Assembly (NCBI GenBank): GCA_963700495.1
Contig: CAVOXT010000002.1
Coordinates: 72,075-136,074, forward strand
Source of the DNA: an uncultured Actinomycetes bacterium
GTDB taxonomy: Bacteria > Actinomycetota > Thermoleophilia > Gaiellales > Gaiellaceae
Direction of reading: 5' to 3'
DNA: 64,000 bases
The notes below the pieces were generated by a model. It made no database searches, was not told the origin of the DNA, and was given only the letters and a program-made list of their open reading frames with translations. Shown piece by piece: positions 54,909 through 62,336 of the stretch; position 1 is the stretch's first letter; each line of letters begins with the position of its first letter. The position numbers were made by a program, and so were the translations under genes.

Positions 54909-56377
54909 TCGCGCAGCGCGTGACTGAGAGCCTGCGCGGCAAACTCGAACGCCGCAGGGGCAAGCGCGGCCGACCAGCCGACCACCGCGCCCGGATTCCG
55001 AATCGTCGCGCGGGCTGCGGCACGCGGAGTGCCGCCTCCCGCACCGCGGCCGCCGAGCGCCAGGACGGCCGTTCCGGCGGCCGATCGCACGGTCTGCTCG
55101 ATCGCCGCCGTGATCATGCGCCGAGACGCAGCGTCACGCGCCGGAAGCACACCGACGAGGATGCCGCCGGCGGTGTCGGCGAAGACAGGATCGCGCCGCG
55201 CGCGGGCGGCGAGCGTCCGGAGCGTCCCCAGCCAGATCCCGTTCAACGACCGGTTCTTGATCAGCGCCACGATCATCTGCGCGAGCGCCATGTCGTAGCG
55301 CACGTGCTCGCGCACCTGTCGGGCGTACGGGGTCAGCCCTTCCTGCGAGCAGTCGCCGCTTCTGATCGCCGTGCCCACTGCGTTCGCCGCCCACTGCCCC
55401 GACAGCAACGCGTACTGAATCCCCTCGCCGTTCAGCGGGTTGATCAGGCCGGCGGCGTCACCGACCAGCACCATCCGGTCGCCGACGAGCGGCTGCCGCG
55501 GGTCGAAGGTCGCGAGAGGCCAGCCCACGATCTTGCCTTCGAGACGCGCACCGTCGAGCCGCTCGCCGAGAGCACGATCGCGGCGGACGAGCTCGAGCAG
55601 TAGCTCGCGCAGGTGTTGCGTCGTTCGGGGCACCGTCTGAAGCGCCATGCCGACTCCCACGTTCGCTTCGCCGTCGCCGTTCGGGAAGACCCAGGTGTAG
55701 CCGGGGAACGACTGTTCGGAGAAGTACAGATCCGCGCGGTCCGCTCGGCCGTTGACGCCCGTGTAGTAGCCGCGCACGGCGATGATCCGACGGTCCCTCC
55801 GCGAGTCTCCGCCCCGAAGGATGCGGGCCATCTGCGAGTTCGAGCCGTCCGCGCCTACGACGACTCGGGCCCGCAGCGAGCGCTTCGCCTGCCCCGCCTG
55901 CACGACGACCTGCACCCCGTCGAGGTCGCGGCGGACCTCCGCGATCTTGCAACCGTCGAGCAGCGCAGCCCCGGACTCGATCGCGGTCTCGACAAGCCAC
56001 TGGTCGAGGACGGTACGAGGGATCACGCGACCGAGTGCGGGCATGCCTTCGACCGGCGGGAGCGAGCGAACGATCAGCTCTTCCCCGTCCAGGAAGAGTG
56101 CGGCTTCGCGCACGCAGTTGGTGCGCAGGTACTCCTTTCGCCCGCCGAAGCCGAGCCGTTGCAGCTCGAGCAGGGCGACCGGGCCGACGAAGTCTCCGCA
56201 CACCTTGTCGCGCGGGAAACGCTTGTGGTCGAGCAGGACCACGCTGAATCCCGCGCGGCACAGGTGGGCCGCTGTGGCGGCACCCGCCGGCCCGGCGCCG
56301 ACGACAACGACGTCGGCGTCGTGGGCCTGGGCGGGTCGGTGTGCGACTACCGGCGGTCGGTCAGCGCTTGCGGACAA
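54872..56377 (-). CDS. geranylgeranyl-reductase-family FAD oxidoreductase, paralogue 2
   Basis: 'DVVVVGAGPAGAATA', 'FPRDKVCGDFV', 'VVGADGSNS' and 'LVGDAAGLINPLNGEGI' are colinear with the 24141..25628 gene, but on the opposite strand. Confidence 0.85.
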   Translation of the reverse strand: MSASADRPPVVAHRPAQAHDADVVVVGAGPAGAATAAHLCRAGFSVVLLDHKRFPRDKVCGDFVGPVALLELQRLGFGGRKEYLRTNCVREAALFLDGEELIVRSLPPVEGMPALGRVIPRTVLDQWLVETAIESGAALLDGCKIAEVRRDLDGVQVVVQAGQAKRSLRARVVVGADGSNSQMARILRGGDSRRDRRIIAVRGYYTGVNGRADRADLYFSEQSFPGYTWVFPNGDGEANVGVGMALQTVPRTTQHLRELLLELVRRDRALGERLDGARLEGKIVGWPLATFDPRQPLVGDRMVLVGDAAGLINPLNGEGIQYALLSGQWAANAVGTAIRSGDCSQEGLTPYARQVREHVRYDMALAQMIVALIKNRSLNGIWLGTLRTLAARARRDPVFADTAGGILVGVLPARDAASRRMITAAIEQTVRSAAGTAVLALGGRGAGGGTPRAAARATIRNPGAVVGWSAALAPAAFEFAAQALSHALRDQWAPSNGGSSS

Positions 56378-56756
56378 GTCCGAGCTGCGTGGCGGCTCCG
56401 AGCTCGTCAGTCAGTCCGAAGGTCTCGACTACGCGACCTTTCTCGAACCGAAGAATGGTGATCCCACTGACGTCCAGCGCCTTGCCGGTGCCCTTGACGC
56501 TGCCGAACAGTGCGTGCTTTGCGGCTCCCTTGTGGGTGCCGGTCGCCGACCACCGAACGACGACCTTTTCGCCTTCCGCGATCATGTCTTCGAGCTCGAT
56601 CTTGAGGTCAGGCAACGCCCGCGTAGCAGCCTTGGCACTCGCAGCGCCTCCTTCCTTCAGGTTGGTCCCGAGCACCTTCTGGGCGGCGGCAAGGTCGCCG
56701 GTGGCGAGCTTGTCGAAGACACGCTTGGTCAGCGCGCGATTCTCTTTTGCCGGCAT
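56361..56756 (-). CDS. SnoaL-like ester/polyketide cyclase family protein
   Basis: ORF 56361..56801, with the start taken at MPAKENRAL. Motifs are 'PDLKIELEDMIAEGEKVVVRWSATGTHKG' and 'ILRFEKGRVVETF'. Confidence 0.7.
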   Translation of the reverse strand: MPAKENRALTKRVFDKLATGDLAAAQKVLGTNLKEGGAASAKAATRALPDLKIELEDMIAEGEKVVVRWSATGTHKGAAKHALFGSVKGTGKALDVSGITILRFEKGRVVETFGLTDELGAATQLGLVRKR

Positions 56757-56853
56757 TTCGAACTCCCCTCTGACGGACTTGGCGCGAAGTCGCTTCACCA
56801 CGTCGTCGGCAAGGGCGAGCAGTGGCTGGCCGCTGGACTTCGTACTGCCGACT

Positions 56854-57624
56854 TTAGCGCAGTGAACTCGCCGTGTCAGTTCGAAATTCCAGCGCGTGCG
56901 TCACCAGCCGCCAGTCGTCACCTTCGACCGCGAGGGCGGCGGCGAAGCCGTCGTCCGCTGCCGGCTCGACGAGCTTCCACCGTTGCGGCTCGTCGGCACC
57001 TCTCGCCGACCTGAGCAACGCGGGAGGAGCCCCCGGCTCGAGCGACACGTCAAAGGAGTCCAGCCGCATCGCAAGGCCGGTTCCACACGCTTTGATGTAC
57101 GCCTCCTTGCGCGTCCAGCACCGGTAGAAAGCCGCCACCCGGTCGTGTGCAGGCAGAGCCTTCAGCGACGCTGCCTCGGCCGGTGAGAAGAAGTGGTCGG
57201 CGATCCCGACGACGTCGCGGTCGCGTCGAACGTCTTCGAGATCGACCCCAAGCTCGCGGTCGACGCTGACCGCGATCAGCGCCCTGTCCCCGGAGTGGGC
57301 GAGATTGAAGCGCATCCCGCCGTTGCGGGCGAGATACGGCTTTCCATATCGGGCACGGGCGAACTGGACATCCTCCGGAGCAACTCCCAGATAGCCGCCC
57401 AGGAGATGCCGGAGCACGCCATGGGCGACGGAGTAGCGAACGCGGTGCCGCTCGAAGACGAAGCGCCCCGCGCGGGCGCACTCGTCCGGGTCGAGGCTGC
57501 TCCCGAGCGCCCGAAGCGCGTCCTCGGGCGGTTCGAGCCGCGTGCGCCACACGTGCACCTCGCCTCGGCGGATGACGAGATCGTCCGCGCGAACGGGAAA
57601 TACGACTGTCGACCGGGCCGCCAA
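56854..57624 (-). CDS. Sfp-type 4'-phosphopantetheinyl transferase
   Basis: Motifs are 'FNLAHSGD', 'LGVDLE' and 'CWTRKEAYIKA'. Confidence 0.85.
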   Translation of the reverse strand: MAARSTVVFPVRADDLVIRRGEVHVWRTRLEPPEDALRALGSSLDPDECARAGRFVFERHRVRYSVAHGVLRHLLGGYLGVAPEDVQFARARYGKPYLARNGGMRFNLAHSGDRALIAVSVDRELGVDLEDVRRDRDVVGIADHFFSPAEAASLKALPAHDRVAAFYRCWTRKEAYIKACGTGLAMRLDSFDVSLEPGAPPALLRSARGADEPQRWKLVEPAADDGFAAALAVEGDDWRLVTHALEFRTDTASSLR

Positions 57625-57631
57625 GGCCGTC

Positions 57632-58098
57632 CTAACCGGCAGCGTCCACTTCCACGCCCTCGCACGCCAGCACGAGCTCCTCGATCACGACCTCGTTCCC
57701 CTTCGCGTTCAGGGTCGGGCCGGTGTACTTGACCGGCCAGGCGGCGTGAACCAGCCAGCGCCGGACGGGGCTTCGCTCGGCGTCGTTGAGCACGATCGTC
57801 ACGTTCCGCCGGACGAGGTTCCACCGCGGATCTCGTCGAACCAGCGATAGAGGTCGAGGTCGGACGAGACGCCGCGCCGGAGCGTCACGTTCCCATACCG
57901 GACTCGCCCCGGAAGCTTGCGCGACCCCGAGCCCGCGTCGGTCCCCTCGCGATACTCGATCACGTCGATGCTCGCATCGGGCACGTGGACCTCCGCGAAC
58001 GCGGCGCTGCCGATTCCGTCGATCTCGACTGAGAAGTTGAAGTTCGGGTACGGGGCTCGGTCACGTAGGGCGGCACGCGGAGACGTTAGAACGCGCAC
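57632..58098 (-). pseudogene. phage T4 gp19-type tail-tube family protein (one frame break near 57815)
   Basis: ORF 57799..58152 carries 'PNFNFSVEIDGIGSAAFAEV..IEYREG..RKLPGRVRYGNVTLRRG..LYRWF'. After 'IRGG' the family C-terminus (NLVRRNVTIVLNDAERSPVRRWLVHAAWPVKYTGPTLNAKGNEVVIEELVLACEG) continues in another frame to the TAG at 57632-57634. The start is taken at the in-frame GTG at 58098. Confidence 0.7.
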
Positions 58099-58139
58099 AG
58101 CCGCCGCGCAAATGGCGCGCTGCGCTCTAATACCGACTG

Positions 58140-58508
58140 ATGACGGAACCACTCGCGCAGATGAAGTGCGTCGCGTGTCGCCGCGACGCGCCGACCGTGT
58201 CGGATGCCGAGATCGCCGAGCTCCTGCCGGAGATCCCGGACTGGGAGCTCCTCGAGCTCGACGGCATCAAACGCCTCCAGCGGGTCTTCTCGTTCGACGA
58301 CTTCGCGCAGGCGCTGGCGTTCACGGACGCTGTCGGCCGGCTCGCGGAAGAGGAGGGGCATCATCCCGCGCTGCTGACCGAGTGGGGCCGGACGACGGTC
58401 ACCTGGTGGACGCACAAGATCAAGGGGCTGCACCGGAACGACTTCATCATGGCCGCGAAGACCGACCGGCTCCCCGGGCCGAGGAAAGAGGTCGCAGAGC
58501 CCGCGTAA
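58140..58508 (+). CDS. phhB: 4a-hydroxytetrahydrobiopterin (pterin-4a-carbinolamine) dehydratase
   Basis: Motifs are '[29 protein letters not shown]' and '[19 protein letters not shown]'. Confidence 0.85.
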   Translation: MTEPLAQMKCVACRRDAPTVSDAEIAELLPEIPDWELLELDGIKRLQRVFSFDDFAQALAFTDAVGRLAEEEGHHPALLTEWGRTTVTWWTHKIKGLHRNDFIMAAKTDRLPGPRKEVAEPA

Positions 58509-58571
58509 GGAATCTCCCGCGGCGCGGTTGTGGAGACAGGAATCGCATCCACGACCGAAGGGAGATTCACC

Positions 58572-59153
58572 ATGAAACTCCGGATCCCGTTCCCCACGAC
58601 CATCGTCTTCATCGTCGTCCTCGTGCTCGCACTCGCCGGCACGGCGACGGGAGCGGCGCTCATCACGGGCGCTCAGATCCAGAACAACACGGTCAGCAGC
58701 CTCGACCTCAAGAACAACTCCGCGGCAAGCGTCGACGTGGCGAACAATTCGCTAACGACGCTCGACGTCAAGGACGGCTCGCTGCAGTCGGTCGACTTCG
58801 CACCGGGCCAGCTCACCTCCGGGCCGGCCGGTCCGGCCGGGCCCGCCGGGCCCGCAGGCCCCCAGGGGCCCGCAGGACCCCAGGGCGTTGCCGGGCTCTC
58901 GGCGGTCCAGATCGTGAGCAGCTCCACCCCGAGCAACTCCGTCAACTCCAAGGTTGCGAACGTGTCCTGCCCGGCAGGCAAGCAGCTCGTCGGCGGCGGC
59001 GCGCACATCTGGGACGCCGGTGGGAGCGTCGCTCTCGACGAGAGCTACCCGACCAGCGCGTCGAGCTGGCGGGCAACCGCGTACGAGATCAACGCGACCG
59101 CAGTCAACTGGCACGTCGAGGCCTTCGCGATCTGCGCGATCGTGGCCCCGTAG
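58572..59153 (+). CDS. membrane-anchored collagen-like repeat protein
   Basis: The ATG at 58572 follows a GGGAG Shine-Dalgarno sequence, inside ORF 58530..59153. An N-terminal TM/signal anchor is followed by four NN-x3-S-x-D decapeptides, GPAGPAGPAGPAGPQGPAGPQG, and a Cys-containing globular tail. Confidence 0.75.
   Translation: MKLRIPFPTTIVFIVVLVLALAGTATGAALITGAQIQNNTVSSLDLKNNSAASVDVANNSLTTLDVKDGSLQSVDFAPGQLTSGPAGPAGPAGPAGPQGPAGPQGVAGLSAVQIVSSSTPSNSVNSKVANVSCPAGKQLVGGGAHIWDAGGSVALDESYPTSASSWRATAYEINATAVNWHVEAFAICAIVAP
58821..58886 (+). repeat. coding G-X-Y (collagen triple-helix) triplet repeat, 7 units
   Basis: (GPA)4-GPQ-GPA-GPQ is encoded by an imperfect 9-nt periodic DNA repeat. Confidence 0.8.
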
Positions 59154-59179
59154 CAAACCAAATCCTCCTCCGGACGACC

Positions 59180-59208
59180 CCGAGCGCGGCGAATCCCGCC
59201 GCGCTCGG
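59180..59208 (+). terminator. 12-bp perfect stem-loop CCGAGCGCGGCG-aatcc-CGCCGCGCTCGG
   Basis: It lies 27 nt after the collagen-like gene stop. There is no U-tract, which is common in high-G+C genomes. Confidence 0.5.
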
Positions 59209-59244
59209 ACCCGTGTGGGCGGCTGGCTGCTCACGCCATGCGCC

Positions 59245-61179
59245 ATGATCAGCAGCGTGAGCTCGATCGTGCCTCGCGCGGCGTTTCTCATCGTGCTCGC
59301 GGCGGTCGTGCTCGCACTCGTGCCGGCGGCCGGTGCAAGCCTCGCCGACGAGACCGAGCTCGCGGAGCGGTATGCACCCGTCGTGCGACTCGTCCAGCAG
59401 CCCGAGGAGTGCGGCCCGGGCGAGCCCTACCAGCCGATGGACGTCGAGCTCCTCTTCGACGAGCCGACCGTGGCGCTCCGAGGGCCGTGGAATCCCACCG
59501 ACCTCGTGAAGATCGGCCCGGACGCAGGCGACCTCGCCGGTCTCTACGAGTACCACCTCGATTTCCCGGGGGACGCCCTGAATCCCGGGTGCGACTACGA
59601 GCGCTGGGCGCGCAGGCTCACCACAGGCCACAACCCGGCCGTCTACGCCCACGTGGCCACCGACCCCGGCTACCCCGGCAAGCTCGCGCTGCAGTACTGG
59701 ATCTTCTATCCGTACAACGACTGGAACAACCTGCACGAGGGCGACTGGGAGAACATCCAGCTGATCTTCGACGCGGGGAGCGCTGCCGAAGCGCTCACGG
59801 GCGAGCCGGTCTCCGTCGGCTACAGCCAGCACGAGGGGGCCGAGGGCGCTTCCTGGGGCGACGACAACCTCACGATCGCCGACGGCACACACCCGGTCGT
59901 CTATCCGGCCGCCGGGTCGCACGCGAACTTCTTCGACGACTCGCTCTACGTCGGGAGCTCCGCGCAACAGGGTGTCGGCTGCGACGACACGCGCGGCCCA
60001 CACGTCGAGTACCGCCCGACCGTTCTCACGATCCCGAGCGACCCGGGACAGGCGAGAACAGACTTTCCGTGGATCGCCTTCGAAGGGCGCTGGGGCGAGC
60101 TCCAAGAGGCGTTCTTCAACGGCCCGACGGGCCCGAACCTCAAGAAGTCGTGGACCGAGCCGATCGCCGTATCCGAAGACTGGAGAGACCGGAGCTACGC
60201 GGTTCCCGTCGGCGGTGTTCTCGGCACGGGAGCCACCGACTTCTTCTGCTCTGCGGTCGGGACGGGCTCCATGGGTCTCGTCAGGTTGCTCCGAAGCCCC
60301 CTCATCACGCTCGGTGCGCTCGCGGTGCTCCTCGGCATCCTCCTGTTCGCCTTCTCGCGCACGACCTGGCGGCCGGTTGCGCCGCTCCGGCTCGCGCGGC
60401 GCAGGAGCTGGGGACAGGTTCTCAGCTCGTCAGGACGCATGTACGTCCACCGGATTCGCCTCTTCCTCGGCATCGGACTGCTGCTGTTCCCGGTCGTCGT
60501 CGTGACGACGCTGCTACAGAGTCTCGTAATCGGCGGAGCACGTCTTCTCGGTGTCGAGCCCGAGGGCGAGGCCGGAGGTGCGCTCGTGCTGGTTGTCGTC
60601 GGAGTCGGCACGACGCTGACCGTGTTCGGGCTGGCACTCGTGCAGGCGGCGACGGCCTGTGCGCTCGTCGAGATCGACGAGGGTCGAACGATCGGGCCTG
60701 TCGAGGCGTACCGGCTGGCACTCAGGAGAGCGCGTCCCTTGCTCGGAGCGGTCGCGATCGCAGTCGCAATCTGGTTCGTGCTCTCGAGCACCATCGTCCT
60801 CCTCCCCGTTGCGATCTGGCTCGCGGTTCGCTTCGCGCTCCTTGCCCAGGTCACGGAGCTCGAGGACACGTCGGCTGTCGGTGCGCTGAGGCGGAGCTCG
60901 CGGCTCGTGCGACGGCACTGGCTCAAGATCGCGTCCCTCGTGGGAGTCGGCGCCGCGGTGGTGATAGCAGCCGGACCCTTCCTCGGCGCGCTCCTGATCC
61001 TGCTCACGAGCTTCCCGCTCGCGTTCCTCAACCTCGTCGCGGGGGTCGTGTACGTGCTCGCAATGCCGTTCGTCGCGTTGGCGACGTGCTACCTGTACTT
61101 CGACACGCGAACGCGGCTCGAGCTCGACGCGACGGATGAGTCGGACGAGCTTCCCGCCGAGATTCAGCTCTCGACGTAG
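59245..61179 (+). CDS. Vps62-like (DUF946-type) extracytoplasmic domain fused to a polytopic membrane domain
   Basis: The ATG at 59245 lies inside ORF 58954..61179. A signal anchor is followed by 'YAPVVRLVQQPEEC', 'LQYWIFYPYNDWNNLHEGDWENIQLIF' and then about 7 hydrophobic helices. Confidence 0.7.
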   Translation: MISSVSSIVPRAAFLIVLAAVVLALVPAAGASLADETELAERYAPVVRLVQQPEECGPGEPYQPMDVELLFDEPTVALRGPWNPTDLVKIGPDAGDLAGLYEYHLDFPGDALNPGCDYERWARRLTTGHNPAVYAHVATDPGYPGKLALQYWIFYPYNDWNNLHEGDWENIQLIFDAGSAAEALTGEPVSVGYSQHEGAEGASWGDDNLTIADGTHPVVYPAAGSHANFFDDSLYVGSSAQQGVGCDDTRGPHVEYRPTVLTIPSDPGQARTDFPWIAFEGRWGELQEAFFNGPTGPNLKKSWTEPIAVSEDWRDRSYAVPVGGVLGTGATDFFCSAVGTGSMGLVRLLRSPLITLGALAVLLGILLFAFSRTTWRPVAPLRLARRRSWGQVLSSSGRMYVHRIRLFLGIGLLLFPVVVVTTLLQSLVIGGARLLGVEPEGEAGGALVLVVVGVGTTLTVFGLALVQAATACALVEIDEGRTIGPVEAYRLALRRARPLLGAVAIAVAIWFVLSSTIVLLPVAIWLAVRFALLAQVTELEDTSAVGALRRSSRLVRRHWLKIASLVGVGAAVVIAAGPFLGALLILLTSFPLAFLNLVAGVVYVLAMPFVALATCYLYFDTRTRLELDATDESDELPAEIQLST

Positions 61180-61190
61180 CGAGCATGCCG

Positions 61191-62336
61191 CTAGTCCGGG
61201 ACGGGATCGAGCAGGTCGATCTTCAGCGAGTGCTCCGAGTCGCCGGGGAAGCGAACCTCGTAGCCGCGCCCGCTCCTGCGCTCCTTTTCGACGAACCCCT
61301 TCAGCCGCTTCCCCAGTTCGTTGGTGCCGTCGCCGTACGTCAGGTGGAGGACGAAGTCGTCGTCATCCCGGGCGTCCGAGATCATCTGCATCGTGGCCAT
61401 TTCGGGGTTGTCGTCCGTACCGTCCGCAGAGACGACGTAGTGGTCGGCGACGATCTGCCGAAAGAAATCGGTCTCCACGTTCCGGTCGCTGCCGTGGTGC
61501 GGGAGCTTGAGGATGTCGACGTGAAGCGGCGGGTGATCGAGCAGTCCGGCGCTGCGTAGCCCGGCGAGGATGTCGTCGCCGCGACCGTCACCGGTGAGGA
61601 GCATCCGTTTCTCCTCGACCTTCGCGAGGACGACGATGCTGGACAGGTTGTACACCGACCGGTCGAGGTAGCCCGCGATCGTCGCGTTTGACGGCGCTCG
61701 GTCGCGGACGTCGCGTTCCCAGCGCTTCTGGAGATCCGCGAGGCGATCCGGGTCCGGGCCGATGACCGTCAGCTCGAGCCCGTCGCCCCAGTCGACCGTG
61801 CGCGGCGCGACGACCGTGCCGTCGAAGGGCCGATTCACGTCGAGCGCAAGCGCCGTCGCCGTGTCGCGCAGCCGGCGTCCCTGCGCGATGCTCGCGACGA
61901 CGAGCTGCGCCGGCTTGCTGAGGCCGGCTGAGCCTGTCGGCGAGCCGGTTGCGAGTGCGGACACCGCCGCCGGGACGCTCGCCGGGCCACCGCCGCCCAC
62001 GATGTCCTCGAAGCTGTTGTGCCAGAGGGCGAGGACCTCGAAGCTCCCGTCGCTTCCGTCCTCCTGTTCCTGCGCGAGCTGCTCGACGAGATCGAGCACG
62101 CCCCTGACATGGTCGTCGTCGATGTGGCTGACGACGACCAGCTGGAGCTGCAGCGCACGGTCTGGGTCGCGGCTAGCGCGGAGCTCGTCGAGCCTCGGCC
62201 GGAGGGTCCGTTTGTAGACGCCGCTCGGCCCTCCGTCGATCACCGCGACCAGCGGACCGTCGGTGGGGCCGTAGTGGAGGATCAGGCTGTCGCCCTGGTC
62301 TGCCTGGAGCGCCTCCAGCGTGAAGATCAAGCTCAC
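61191..62336 (-). CDS. ComEC/Rec2-type metallo-beta-lactamase-fold hydrolase (standalone)
   Basis: The GTG at 62336 overlaps the subtilase stop (GTGA), inside ORF 61191..63458. Motifs are 'GDSLILHYG', 'VVVSHIDDDHVRG' (the H-x-D-x-DH variant), 'MLLTGDG' and 'LKLPHHGSDRN'. There is no signal peptide. Confidence 0.8.
   Translation of the reverse strand: MSLIFTLEALQADQGDSLILHYGPTDGPLVAVIDGGPSGVYKRTLRPRLDELRASRDPDRALQLQLVVVSHIDDDHVRGVLDLVEQLAQEQEDGSDGSFEVLALWHNSFEDIVGGGGPASVPAAVSALATGSPTGSAGLSKPAQLVVASIAQGRRLRDTATALALDVNRPFDGTVVAPRTVDWGDGLELTVIGPDPDRLADLQKRWERDVRDRAPSNATIAGYLDRSVYNLSSIVVLAKVEEKRMLLTGDGRGDDILAGLRSAGLLDHPPLHVDILKLPHHGSDRNVETDFFRQIVADHYVVSADGTDDNPEMATMQMISDARDDDDFVLHLTYGDGTNELGKRLKGFVEKERRSGRGYEVRFPGDSEHSLKIDLLDPVPD

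Noticed and set aside
58821-58886. Periodic GGNCCNGCN DNA repeat as a possible non-coding tandem repeat or CRISPR-like array.
   Set aside because: It lies in frame inside a well-supported ORF and encodes G-X-Y collagen triplets. There is no spacer/repeat architecture.
58954-59244. N-terminal 97 codons of ORF 58954..61179.
   Set aside because: This part is Arg/Ser/Pro-rich, overlaps the collagen-like gene and runs through its terminator hairpin. A signal-anchor Met at 59245 gives a sensible start.
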